This document shows positions 47,949 through 57,104 of a stretch of 64,000 bases of DNA, in pieces. Within the stretch, counting starts at the first letter, position 1; every line of letters begins with the position of its first letter. This DNA is from Minisyncoccota bacterium (GTDB lineage Bacteria; Patescibacteriota; Minisyncoccia; Phycocordibacterales; Phycocordibacteraceae). The stretch is from assembly GCA_035531495.1 (NCBI GenBank), contig DATKSU010000006.1:1821-65820 (forward strand). The letters run 5' to 3'. The notes under the pieces are model-generated. The model was not told the DNA's origin. It was given only the letters and a program-made list of their open reading frames with translations, and did no database searches. A program made the translations under genes and the position numbers.

Positions 47949-50036
47949 CTAGAATTCCTGGAAGGTCGGCACCGTGTTTACGGTTGTCTTCTGCGAGATC
48001 ATCGTGCCCTCGAAGGTCTGGCAAGAGATGGTGTAGACGGATTGGCTATTGATGGCGACGGTCTGCGAGCCGGAGAGTGCCGCGGAGGAGACGCCGGGGC
48101 CGGAGACCTTGCAGCTCTTGACGGCCTGCGAGGACCACGAGATGGTCGATTGGCTTCCCGTATGGACGCGCGCGGGACTCGCCGTGATGGTCGCGCCCGG
48201 CGGGATGACGGTAATCGTGATGGATGGGGACGGCGAAGAACCACCGGGGCCCGTGCAGGTGATGCCGTACGGCGTCGTCACCGCTGGGGTGACCGTCACG
48301 CTGCCGGACGTCGCGCCGCCTGTCGAGAAGCCGGAACCGGTGCAGGAAGTCGTGTTCGACGAGGTCCATGTGATAGTCGCGGACTGTCCCTGGTCGATCG
48401 TGTACGAGTCGGCGGAGAGCGTCACCGTCGGCGGCGGATTCGCGACCGTGAGGTAGAGCCACGGGCCGCAGTCGTCGCCCGTGTTCGTCTCGTTCACCGA
48501 GAGCTGCCACGAGGTATTGTGGTTCGCGCAAGCGCGCACCTCGTACGTGCCGGCGGAGGGGAACTGATAAGTCGCAGAGATGGTGGTGTTCGCGTTCACG
48601 GCGAGCGAAGCGACGGTGCCGCCATCGAGCAGCGCGACCGTCGTTGTCGCGCCTCCCACGCCAGAATGCTGCGCGATCTGGAAGAGGTTGTCGAAGTTAT
48701 AGGCAGTAGCGGTCCCGACGTTATACACGGGAGCGGACAATGTTTCGTTGACGGTTGCAACCACCGGCGTCGGCGTCACCGTCGTCGGGCCGGCGTAGAG
48801 GCCGGGCAGCGTGCAACGCGAGTCGGGCGGCGCTGTTGCAGAACACGTGACACCGTCGCATTCTATCGTGCCGGTATTCGACTGCCCGCAGGCGTTCGTC
48901 GCGGTGCAGGTCTGGCCGAAATTGGCAGGCACGGGCGGCGGCGAAAGCGGCGTCGGGGTGCCGCAGGCGACCCACTGGATGCCGGTATTTTGACTGGTCG
49001 TATCCCACCCTTGACCGGCGACGAAATTTCCCCAGCCGCCATAGTTCGTGCTACCGCCATAGGCAGAGCCCCCACCGTTATGTCGAGATTCCGCGTAGTA
49101 ACTGAGTACACAAGATTGCCCTTGCAAGGGCGGGCAGGTGGTGCAGCTGCCGGAGTAGGAATCACAAACGGGGGTGCAGGAGATGTACGTTGGACTGCAA
49201 GAGTAGGTAAAACCGCCATATCCATCGGATGTTCCGGATAGATAACCATACGTATTCTGGTCCGGGGCAGGAGCATAGTCGGTGTATTCAGTAGCGCCGA
49301 GTGGAGCGGGCTTCCCCGCGAGCTGACAGACCATCGATTCGGCCGTATAGACGCTTTGACCGCTGTAGTTGCCGCGGAAGTCGTCGTAAGTCCCGAGCCA
49401 GTGGCCGGAAGGCGTTATCGTGTTCGTGTATACGTAGTTGGATGGCGGATTCGAGGTGCAGATGCCGCCGACGACGACACCAGTCGCGGTCTGCCCGCAG
49501 GCGTTCGTCGCTGAACAGGTCGTGCAGTACGGCATCGTGAAGCTGTTCGTGGAGATGACGTCAGTCGTCGATGTGAGCAAATAGCCGCCGTAGCTGTAAA
49601 AGATTGAATACGTATAGCTCTGTCCGGATGACCCGCCATTCCAGGTATAGGTGCCGTTGCAGTGCTGACTGGTCGCGACGACCGTGCCGTTCATGGAGAT
49701 GGAAACGGGCGTCGCCGTGGTGCATGCCGAGCCGGGCGCAGCCGTCCATTGGAGAGAGACGACCGGGCTGCCGTTATTGCACGTCGGTCCGGACGTTATG
49801 CTCGACGACCCGCAGGCGGGCGCGACGATGCCGGAGCCGACCTGCGTGAGCCAGGAGGTTCCGCCCGACGCCGGCGTGCTCGTCGCGGCGGCGATGATGG
49901 CGGAGCCGAACTGCGTGAGTCCGGAGGTGTCGAGCGCCGCGGGAAGGCTGGCGGCAGCCGCGACGGTCGGGATGGTAGCAGCGCAGGCAGCACTAACAAA
50001 GACGAGTATCGCGAATAGGCCCCTCGAATGCCGCAT
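47949..50036 (-). CDS. Large Cys/Thr/Gly-rich secreted surface protein with C-terminal CARDB/Ig-like domains
   Basis: Signal peptide MRHSRGLFAILVFV, many Cys pairs, YEVRACA..NETNTGDDC, ends PTFQEF. Confidence 0.75.
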   Translation of the reverse strand: MRHSRGLFAILVFVSAACAATIPTVAAAASLPAALDTSGLTQFGSAIIAAATSTPASGGTSWLTQVGSGIVAPACGSSSITSGPTCNNGSPVVSLQWTAAPGSACTTATPVSISMNGTVVATSQHCNGTYTWNGGSSGQSYTYSIFYSYGGYLLTSTTDVISTNSFTMPYCTTCSATNACGQTATGVVVGGICTSNPPSNYVYTNTITPSGHWLGTYDDFRGNYSGQSVYTAESMVCQLAGKPAPLGATEYTDYAPAPDQNTYGYLSGTSDGYGGFTYSCSPTYISCTPVCDSYSGSCTTCPPLQGQSCVLSYYAESRHNGGGSAYGGSTNYGGWGNFVAGQGWDTTSQNTGIQWVACGTPTPLSPPPVPANFGQTCTATNACGQSNTGTIECDGVTCSATAPPDSRCTLPGLYAGPTTVTPTPVVATVNETLSAPVYNVGTATAYNFDNLFQIAQHSGVGGATTTVALLDGGTVASLAVNANTTISATYQFPSAGTYEVRACANHNTSWQLSVNETNTGDDCGPWLYLTVANPPPTVTLSADSYTIDQGQSATITWTSSNTTSCTGSGFSTGGATSGSVTVTPAVTTPYGITCTGPGGSSPSPSITITVIPPGATITASPARVHTGSQSTISWSSQAVKSCKVSGPGVSSAALSGSQTVAINSQSVYTISCQTFEGTMISQKTTVNTVPTFQEF

Positions 50037-50092
50037 ACTTAGAAGTATACCGTGGCCGCGCTTTGCATGAGCGCTATCCACACGCGGGATGG

Positions 50093-50959
50093 CTACAGGC
50101 CGCTCACGCGCGCGCGGGCGAGGTTCACGGCTATCGCGTCCTGAAAGGACTTGATGCCCGCAGCGCTCATCGCCGGGTCGTTGCCGGGATACGCGGCGAC
50201 CCAGGATGCTTCCGTGAGGCCCGCCGCAAGCGTCTGCGCCCGTTCGAAGGCGTTCGCGGCAACCGCGAATTCGTTCAGATTGAGCTCCTGAACGCCGAGG
50301 TTGTTCCAGAGCCATGGATTCTCTTCGCCTCCCGTCGCCATCGTGACGCCGCGCTCGAGGAGCGTCTTCGCTTCGGCGTATTTCCCTTCCTGCCCGAGCA
50401 CCCAGGCGAGGTCATTGTAGCCCGCCCATTCGGTCGGCGCCCACGAGACGAACGTCGTGAAATCGCTCTCGGCACCGGCGAGGTCACCGCGGTAGGCGCG
50501 TATGAGCCCGCGAACATAGTAGGTGCGGAAATTGTCGGGATGATACGAAAGCTCCCCGTCCGCCGCGGCTTCAGCTTCGGGGAGCCGGTTTTCGACGAGG
50601 AGGATGCGTGCGAGCTCGTAGTGGCCCCAGAGCATGCTCGGGTCTATGGCGACGACTCTGCGAAAGGCATGTTCGGCGAGCGGCAAGTCGTAGGCGCCGA
50701 GACCGAAGGCATAGCTGCCGACGTCGAAGGCAAGCTGTGCGTCGCGTTCATCAAGCACGAGGATGAGCGGCGCTGCGCTGGTGTCATTATTCCGCCAGAG
50801 ATACTCGGCGGCGGCCGTCGACAGCGGCGTGCAAAAGACGATGACTATGACGAGGTCGAGTGCGGTAACGAGGGCGAGGACGGCGAAGCACACGAATTGG
50901 ATTGCGCGTTTGCACGACGGACGTTCCCGAGGAATCGTTCCCGTGCTCGTCCCGTCCAT
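50093..50959 (-). CDS. Membrane-anchored TPR protein
   Basis: TM then TPR-like helices (YYVRGLIRAYRGD, GYNDLAW, LWNNLG). Confidence 0.8.
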   Translation of the reverse strand: MDGTSTGTIPRERPSCKRAIQFVCFAVLALVTALDLVIVIVFCTPLSTAAAEYLWRNNDTSAAPLILVLDERDAQLAFDVGSYAFGLGAYDLPLAEHAFRRVVAIDPSMLWGHYELARILLVENRLPEAEAAADGELSYHPDNFRTYYVRGLIRAYRGDLAGAESDFTTFVSWAPTEWAGYNDLAWVLGQEGKYAEAKTLLERGVTMATGGEENPWLWNNLGVQELNLNEFAVAANAFERAQTLAAGLTEASWVAAYPGNDPAMSAAGIKSFQDAIAVNLARARVSGL

Positions 50960-50997
50960 ACGCGATACACTATAGCATCGACCTTTCGACCAGCCGT

Positions 50998-51792
50998 ATG
51001 TTGCCGCTACGCCGCGCACGAACCGCCCCTCGCCTGTCGTATATCGTCTGCAGCGATCGCCGTACTGGCGGTACGCTCCTGTGCGAAGCGCTGCGGCGTA
51101 CGAGCATCGCCGGCAGGCCGGGGGAATATTTCAACCCGCTTCTCGACACGCCGGCGTTCCGGAAAGACCATCTCGGCATCACGGCGGATGCCGAATACCT
51201 GCCGCGCGTCGTCGAGCTCTCGACGACGCCGAACGGCGTCTTCGGCATGAAGATACACTTCGGCCAGCTGCCGCTTCTCCTCGAACGCATCGGGGCGGAG
51301 GGGCGCGCCGCGGGCGCATCGCCGGCGGCGGCGTTCGCGGCGCGCTTCCCCGGCTTGCGGTACGTGTGGCTGCGCCGCAGAGACGAAGTACGGCAAGCGA
51401 TATCCCTTTACCGGGCGCAGAAGACGAATATCTGGTGGGAGTTCCCTGACGAAGAACCGCCACTCTACGCCTACCAGCCCCCCGAGCGTGAGACGGCCGA
51501 AGATGTGTTCGACTTCGAAGCCATCAGCCGCTGCCTCGCGGATGTACAGTCGACTGCCGGACGATGGGAGCAGTTCTTTTCAGAGAACGATATCGTGCCG
51601 CTGCGGCTCACCTACGAAGAGCTCGATGCGGCGTATGAGGAGACGGTCGCGCGCGTCTTGCGATTCCTCGAACTCACCGTTCCGGAGCACATTCCGCCGA
51701 AGAACATGGCGCGCCAAGCGGATGGCCGGACGGATGCCTGGGTTGAGGAATTCCGGCAGCGGAGTCGCGGCCTGCGCGACGCACCCGGCTGA
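50998..51792 (+). CDS. Stf0-family sulfotransferase
   Basis: YIVCSDRRTGGTLLC (5'-PSB), EYFNP, TPNGVFGMK, LRRRDEVRQAIS (3'-PB), TYEEL. Confidence 0.88.
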   Translation: MLPLRRARTAPRLSYIVCSDRRTGGTLLCEALRRTSIAGRPGEYFNPLLDTPAFRKDHLGITADAEYLPRVVELSTTPNGVFGMKIHFGQLPLLLERIGAEGRAAGASPAAAFAARFPGLRYVWLRRRDEVRQAISLYRAQKTNIWWEFPDEEPPLYAYQPPERETAEDVFDFEAISRCLADVQSTAGRWEQFFSENDIVPLRLTYEELDAAYEETVARVLRFLELTVPEHIPPKNMARQADGRTDAWVEEFRQRSRGLRDAPG

Positions 51793-51889
51793 CGAAGCGC
51801 TGTCGGAATTTGCTTAACGCTTCCATCCGTGTCATCCTGGCGCCGGAAACGCCCGGGAGGGCGCCACACGAACGGAAACGGAGGTTCCT

Positions 51890-52510
51890 ATGAAAAGCGC
51901 CATCCTGTTGTCGTTGTCGCTCATGCTCGGCGCATGCGCGGCCATCGAAGCGCCGCAGACGCCGCCGCCCGGCGTACGGCTTGTCGAGGAGCCGGACGTG
52001 CGGCCCGGCGACTGGTGGATTGAGCGGAACGGCGGCTCTGTCTGGAAGGTAACGGTGACATCCGTCGACGGCGATCTCGTGCGGACGACGGTCGGCGACC
52101 CGTTCGGCCTCATGAAGCCGCACACAGTCGTCTTCCGTAAGGGCGGCGCGCTCGTGGAAGGTCCGGGCGGCCTCATGGGCCGCGCGACTCACTGGACGAA
52201 CTGGTATCCGAGCTACGAGCCGCTCTCGTTCCCACTCTGGGCAGGAAAGGAGTGGAGCGGATGGGTCACCTGGACGGCAACCGGAATATCGGGAAGTTAT
52301 CATGTCTCGGCGATCGCCGGTCCTTGGCAGTCATGGTACGTCGGCGAACGGAAATTCGATGCGCTGAAGATCACGTACCGTCTCGATCGCCTGGAAGCGG
52401 CGCCGGTCACCGATACGTGCTGGTATGTACCGGCGGCGAAGTGGCTCGGCTCCTGTGACCGGTATTGGACCTGGGATGATTACCGCGTCACCGCGTTCGG
52501 CGGCAACTAG
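51890..52510 (+). CDS. Predicted lipoprotein, beta-rich, paralogous to 57906-58550
   Basis: Lipobox LGAC, GGAGG SD, PGDWW..FPL..GKEW..ALKI..WYVP. Confidence 0.75.
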   Translation: MKSAILLSLSLMLGACAAIEAPQTPPPGVRLVEEPDVRPGDWWIERNGGSVWKVTVTSVDGDLVRTTVGDPFGLMKPHTVVFRKGGALVEGPGGLMGRATHWTNWYPSYEPLSFPLWAGKEWSGWVTWTATGISGSYHVSAIAGPWQSWYVGERKFDALKITYRLDRLEAAPVTDTCWYVPAAKWLGSCDRYWTWDDYRVTAFGGN

Positions 52511-52512
52511 CC

Positions 52513-52549
52513 GCGCGCCCGCTCTCTCGAGCGGGCGCGTTTTCTTTTA
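52513..52549 (+). terminator. Intrinsic terminator after lipoprotein gene
   Basis: CGCGCCCGCTC..GAGCGGGCGCG followed by TTTTCTTTT. Confidence 0.75.
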
Positions 52550-52600
52550 TCTGGGCACATCGCCTCTCTGGTATCATGGCGGCATCCGCATTGCGGCATC

Positions 52601-54055
52601 ATGCGTTCCGCGAGCTTCATCGATGACGTGCGCGCCCGCTGGTACCGGTTCCGGCTGGATCGCAGCGTCCGCGCCTTGCCGCTTGAGCTCGTCGCGGACT
52701 CCGGAGCGCGAGCCGACAAAGAGAGCTCGGCATTCCGCCGCTACGCGCGGGAGCTTGAGCGGTACATCGCCGTCCTCGAGGACATCCGCCGGCGCGGGCC
52801 GTCGTTCGTCGGGCGATTCCAGGAACTGCGACTCGAGAAGTTGCTCCGCCGCGCGGCTGCGAGCGCGTACTGGCGGAGCGTCTTCGAGCGCTCCGGCGTC
52901 AATCCCGGCGACATTCGACGGCTCGCGGATCTCGCGCGCATCCCGCCCGTCGGCCGCACGGGCCTCATCGACGTGCCGCGCGACGCTTCCGCGACGGAGA
53001 AGCTGCCGGACAATGCCGTCTACTGGATGCGTTCCTCCGGCAGCACGACTGGCACGCCGTTCATCTGGGGTTCGTACGCATGGGACTGGCCGCTTGCGGT
53101 GTGGTCGTATCACCTGCGGGAGCTCGACGCGCGGGGCTTCTCGCTTGCGACGAGCGCGCACCGCGATTTCCTCTTCCAGATAAATTACGGCGGCGGCAAC
53201 GCGGTCTTCCAGATGTTCTTCATAGAGAACTTCCGGCTCCGGCCGCGCGGAGACGCCGCTGAAGAAGACGCGCGCGCTATCGTCGCCGCAATCGAAGAGG
53301 TCGGCCCGTCGGTGCTCCTATGCAACCCGACCGAACTCGCCTCGTTCCTGCACGCGCTCGATGCACTCGGCCGGCAACCTCCCATGACGGGCTGCCTCCT
53401 CGTGGGTCAGCCGATTGAAGAGGCATTCCAAGAGCACGCCGAACGCCTCCTCGGCTGTCCCGTTATCCCCTACTACAGCACGATGGAGACCGCGGCTATC
53501 GGCGCCGGATGCCGCCATGCGCCGGGCAGGTATCACACGTATGCCGAGCGGGTCATCGTCGAGATACTCGACGACGCGGGAAGGCAGGTCGCCGACGGCG
53601 AGCGCGGCAATATCACCGTAACCTGCCTCGATAACCTCTTCATGCCGCTCATCCGCTACCAGCCGGGCGACGTCGGCACGCTGCGGCATCGCGTCTCCTG
53701 CCCGTGCGGGAACCCGAATCCGCTCCTCGAAGTCGAGGGTCGGTCGGTCGACGTCATCCGATTCGCGGATGGTTCCGCCGAATCAGTCCGCCGCGTCTTC
53801 AAGCTGCTTGCCGCCGATCCCTTCCTCACGCGCATCCGCCGGATGCAAGTGCGGCAGGAAGAGCTCGGCACGCTCCGCATACTCCTCGAGCCGCGCGACG
53901 CGATACTCGGTCCCGCCGTCATCCGCGAACTCAAGAAGCGGATTGACGTGCTTTACGAGGGCAAGATTCGCGTCACCGTCGAAGAGGTGAGGGAGATAGA
54001 CCCCGGTACGAAGAAATTCAAAGCATTCGTCCCGCTTGCGCCGCGTACGCGCTAG
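52601..54055 (+). CDS. PaaK/CapK-like (phenylacetate-CoA ligase family) adenylate-forming enzyme
   Basis: SSGSTTG, YYSTME, MPLIRYQPGDVG, CPCG, VEGR, KFK. Confidence 0.87.
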   Translation: MRSASFIDDVRARWYRFRLDRSVRALPLELVADSGARADKESSAFRRYARELERYIAVLEDIRRRGPSFVGRFQELRLEKLLRRAAASAYWRSVFERSGVNPGDIRRLADLARIPPVGRTGLIDVPRDASATEKLPDNAVYWMRSSGSTTGTPFIWGSYAWDWPLAVWSYHLRELDARGFSLATSAHRDFLFQINYGGGNAVFQMFFIENFRLRPRGDAAEEDARAIVAAIEEVGPSVLLCNPTELASFLHALDALGRQPPMTGCLLVGQPIEEAFQEHAERLLGCPVIPYYSTMETAAIGAGCRHAPGRYHTYAERVIVEILDDAGRQVADGERGNITVTCLDNLFMPLIRYQPGDVGTLRHRVSCPCGNPNPLLEVEGRSVDVIRFADGSAESVRRVFKLLAADPFLTRIRRMQVRQEELGTLRILLEPRDAILGPAVIRELKKRIDVLYEGKIRVTVEEVREIDPGTKKFKAFVPLAPRTR

Positions 54056-55233
54056 CTTGGCGGATACGCTTTTTGCGCCTCAGCGACCGTCTTCCCGAAT
54101 GCGGGAATATCGCGCGCGACCCGCATGATGCCGCTGCCGAGAATGGTGCCTGACGATATCTGTTTGGAAAGCCAGTACTCGAAGGACGGCAGGGTTCCCT
54201 TGGCCTCAACGGGAACGAGGAGCATCGCGGTCTGCGTCACGCCGCCCTGTCCGTACCGTCGTATGATGGATATCGCGTAGCTGACGCGGATGATGAAATT
54301 ATACGTCGTAACCTTGTCGACGATGGCGGAAGGAGCGGCGGACGGATCGCTATACGTGACGGCTGACTGGTAGAGGGAATCTATCTGCGCATCAGCGGAG
54401 GTGCCGAGGAGCTGCGTCTCGAGGCTCAAGGCGAGCGCATTAAGATACATCAAGCGCGCGAGGTACATCCGTCCGGGATAGCTCGTGGGACTCGAGGGTA
54501 CGAGCTTCGTATTCGGTGCCGGCAGCGCATCGCCCTCGGCGAGCAGCTTTTGTATGTCCTGGCCATATGCGGTCGCCTCCGTCGTCGTAGACAGCGAACC
54601 GCGTAAGAGCGAATACTCCTGCGCGTACGTCATCGCGAGCTCGACCTTCGACCCGCGCGTCGGATAGAGGGTGTCGGCGACCTCGTAGAGCGAACGGATG
54701 CCGCGGAGCACGGAGAGCGCATACGGGTCGGCGCTCGTCGCGCTCTCGAGCGCAGGGTCGTAATAGCGCGAATAGGGACTCTGCGAGAAGACGAGCGTGC
54801 GGAAGGACGCCGCATCGAAATACGAAAGCTCGTAGGCGTAGCCGATCGAGGCGAGCGCCGCGGAACGTATCCAGGCGCCCACCTGGGCGTCAGAGCCGAT
54901 GCTCATGTAAGTCGCGAGTGCCTGCTCGAGCGCCGGCTTCGTACTCGGGTCTGCCGGGCTGTAGTTATCCAGGATCGTGTTCGCGAGGAGGAATTGCGCT
55001 TGCGCCTTCAGGTCAGCGTTCAGGATGTTCTCGGCAAGGAGCGTGTGCAGCTCCGCTGCGGCGCCCGAGATATCGCCGGCAGCGTATGACGCGCGTGCGG
55101 CCTGGAACTGCGCCTCCTGCGCAGTGAGCGTCGCCGCCTGCTTCTCTTGCCACAGGAAGACCGCCATGACGACAATCATAACGCCGAACGCGATGAGTGC
55201 TACCGAGCGGAGTATCTGGTTCGTGTTTTGCAT
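54052..55233 (-). CDS. Membrane-anchored helical-repeat (TPR-like) protein
   Basis: N-terminal TM, Ala/Leu/Tyr-rich helices; ATG 11 nt after the precursor stop codon. Confidence 0.7.
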   Translation of the reverse strand: MQNTNQILRSVALIAFGVMIVVMAVFLWQEKQAATLTAQEAQFQAARASYAAGDISGAAAELHTLLAENILNADLKAQAQFLLANTILDNYSPADPSTKPALEQALATYMSIGSDAQVGAWIRSAALASIGYAYELSYFDAASFRTLVFSQSPYSRYYDPALESATSADPYALSVLRGIRSLYEVADTLYPTRGSKVELAMTYAQEYSLLRGSLSTTTEATAYGQDIQKLLAEGDALPAPNTKLVPSSPTSYPGRMYLARLMYLNALALSLETQLLGTSADAQIDSLYQSAVTYSDPSAAPSAIVDKVTTYNFIIRVSYAISIIRRYGQGGVTQTAMLLVPVEAKGTLPSFEYWLSKQISSGTILGSGIMRVARDIPAFGKTVAEAQKAYPPS

Positions 55234-55244
55234 ACGCCGGAGAG

Positions 55245-55550
55245 TCAGCAACAGGCACCACCACCGCCACCACCGCCACCACCGCCGCCCGAGCAATCGC
55301 CGTCAGAACAGCTGCATGTACCGCAACAGGAGGAGCATCCGCCACCTGTGCTGGCAGGCGCAGCGACGTCAGCATGCGCGATGTCTGGGGAGAAAATGCT
55401 TCGCGAGAGGTTCTGGTTCATTTTCCCCGGGGTCCAGAGCTTTGTCGTCCCGTAGAAGAATACGGAGAGGAAGCCGAGCGGGATGGAAAGCGCGACAATG
55501 GCGCCTCGTATGAAGCTCCTCAAGCCGTTCGGGGTGCGCATCGTTGCCAT
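55245..55550 (-). CDS. Candidate RiPP precursor: hydrophobic N-terminus and Cys/Ser/Gly-rich C-terminal core
   Basis: ..IAHADVAAPASTGGGCSSCCGTCSCSDGDCS-G11-ACC; divergent from YcaO/SagB. Confidence 0.78.
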   Translation of the reverse strand: MATMRTPNGLRSFIRGAIVALSIPLGFLSVFFYGTTKLWTPGKMNQNLSRSIFSPDIAHADVAAPASTGGGCSSCCGTCSCSDGDCSGGGGGGGGGGGACC

Positions 55551-55624
55551 AAGCTCTTGTCATACTATCGCGCCCGCCTGCGGTATCCGTCGAGCGCTGT
55601 GGATAAGCGAGCGTTTTCGCTGTT

Positions 55625-57094
55625 ATGATGGCTCCGATGCTGAAGGACATCATGCCGTTCGACCACGTATGGCCGCGCCTGCACGGGAAGTCGCGCTCCG
55701 GGCAAGCGACGGCGGCGTTCATCCGATTCCTTGAAGGCAAGCTTGGCGCCTCCGTCACCTACGACGCTGCGCGCATCGGATACGAATCGCCCGACCTCAT
55801 CGATCTGTTCGAGCTCGCCGAGCGGCTGCGGGCGGCGAACGTCGTCCAGCAGTACGCGAGAACGCGAAGCCTTCCCGACGAGCCGCGGCTCTCGCGCTGG
55901 CAGGCGCGACTCCTCATCCAGGGAGGACGGCGCGAGATGGCGAGCGGCGCATCGGCGGACGACGACCGGCACGCGCTCACCGTGACGCTCGCCGAGGCGC
56001 TTGAGCGCTACGTATGGCTCGGCTCTCTCGACGCGTTCCCGACGCTGCGCGTTGCGCGACTCGAGGACATGACAACCGACGCGTTCATCGACCCGAGACG
56101 CTTCGCCGGCTTCAGCGATGCGCAGTTGGACGAGCATCCGTCGCTGCGCATCGAGCCAGGAAGCTCGTTCAACTTGGTCTCGGGGCATTCGTGGACGCGC
56201 GGACGGGCGGTCTGGATACCCGCGCAGGCAGTAAGCGGGCACGCGACGCTTTTGCCGCGCGAGCAGAAGCACGTCGAACCGACCATCCGCCTCGCGATTA
56301 CGACCGGCCTCGCGACGCATCCGCAGCGCGCGAAAGCGCTCCTTTCGGGCGCGCTCGAGATTATCGAGCGCGACGCTTATATCATCACGTGGTTCAATCA
56401 GCTCTCGCCGCCGCGGATAGACGTCGATGAGCTCACCGGGAAACGGGAATCGCTCGCACGGCTCGTCGAGCGCTGCCGGCGGTATCGGCTAGAACCGCAC
56501 ATGCTCCGCTTCCCGACCGATGCGCCCGCGTATGCGCTCGGCGTCGTGCTCGAAGACGCGTCTGGCTCGCTGCCCCGCTTCACGCTCGGCTGTAAGGCCG
56601 ACCGCGATGCGGCGCACGCGGCGGAGGGCGCGCTCCTCGAGGCCATGCGGGCGCGCTCGAACACGCGCGAACTTGCGGTTTCGCTCAAGGACGACTGGGA
56701 TTCCGAGCGCAAGGCCGCCGATGTGGGGCACCTCGACCGTTGGCTCTACTGGGCGGAACCGGGCCGCGCGGAGCGCCTCGGTTTCCTCGTCAAGGGTCTC
56801 GTCCGGCCGCTCGCGCAGGAAGCGTGGGAGCGCGATTCGGACGAGGAGCATTTCCAGCGCATAACGGATTGGTGCCGGGAGCGCGGGTACGAGCTCGCAT
56901 CGGTGAGCTTAACGAAAGCAGCCGCGAACCTGCCGGGCTGGCACATCGAAATGGTCGTCATTCCAGAATTGCAGCCGATCAATCATTTCGAGAAGCTGCC
57001 GCCTGTCGGCGGAGCGCGCCTTACGGATATCCCGCGCCGGTTCGGATTCGAGCCGCGCGCGCCGTATCTCGCGGATCCGCATCCGTTCGCGTGA
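55625..57094 (+). CDS. YcaO-family cyclodehydratase (azoline-forming type)
   Basis: LAEALERY, TTGLATH, GALEIIERDA ATP-binding motifs; Pro-rich C-terminus DPHPFA; true start may be ATG 55637. Confidence 0.92.
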   Translation: MMAPMLKDIMPFDHVWPRLHGKSRSGQATAAFIRFLEGKLGASVTYDAARIGYESPDLIDLFELAERLRAANVVQQYARTRSLPDEPRLSRWQARLLIQGGRREMASGASADDDRHALTVTLAEALERYVWLGSLDAFPTLRVARLEDMTTDAFIDPRRFAGFSDAQLDEHPSLRIEPGSSFNLVSGHSWTRGRAVWIPAQAVSGHATLLPREQKHVEPTIRLAITTGLATHPQRAKALLSGALEIIERDAYIITWFNQLSPPRIDVDELTGKRESLARLVERCRRYRLEPHMLRFPTDAPAYALGVVLEDASGSLPRFTLGCKADRDAAHAAEGALLEAMRARSNTRELAVSLKDDWDSERKAADVGHLDRWLYWAEPGRAERLGFLVKGLVRPLAQEAWERDSDEEHFQRITDWCRERGYELASVSLTKAAANLPGWHIEMVVIPELQPINHFEKLPPVGGARLTDIPRRFGFEPRAPYLADPHPFA

Positions 57095-57104
57095 GTCGCT
57101 CTGT

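Noticed and set aside
55234-55296. Trp-rich N-terminus MLGRRWWRWWRWWC on the 54052 ORF
   Set aside because: It is an alternative frame of the precursor's poly-Gly codons; ATG 55233 gives a clean TM-led start
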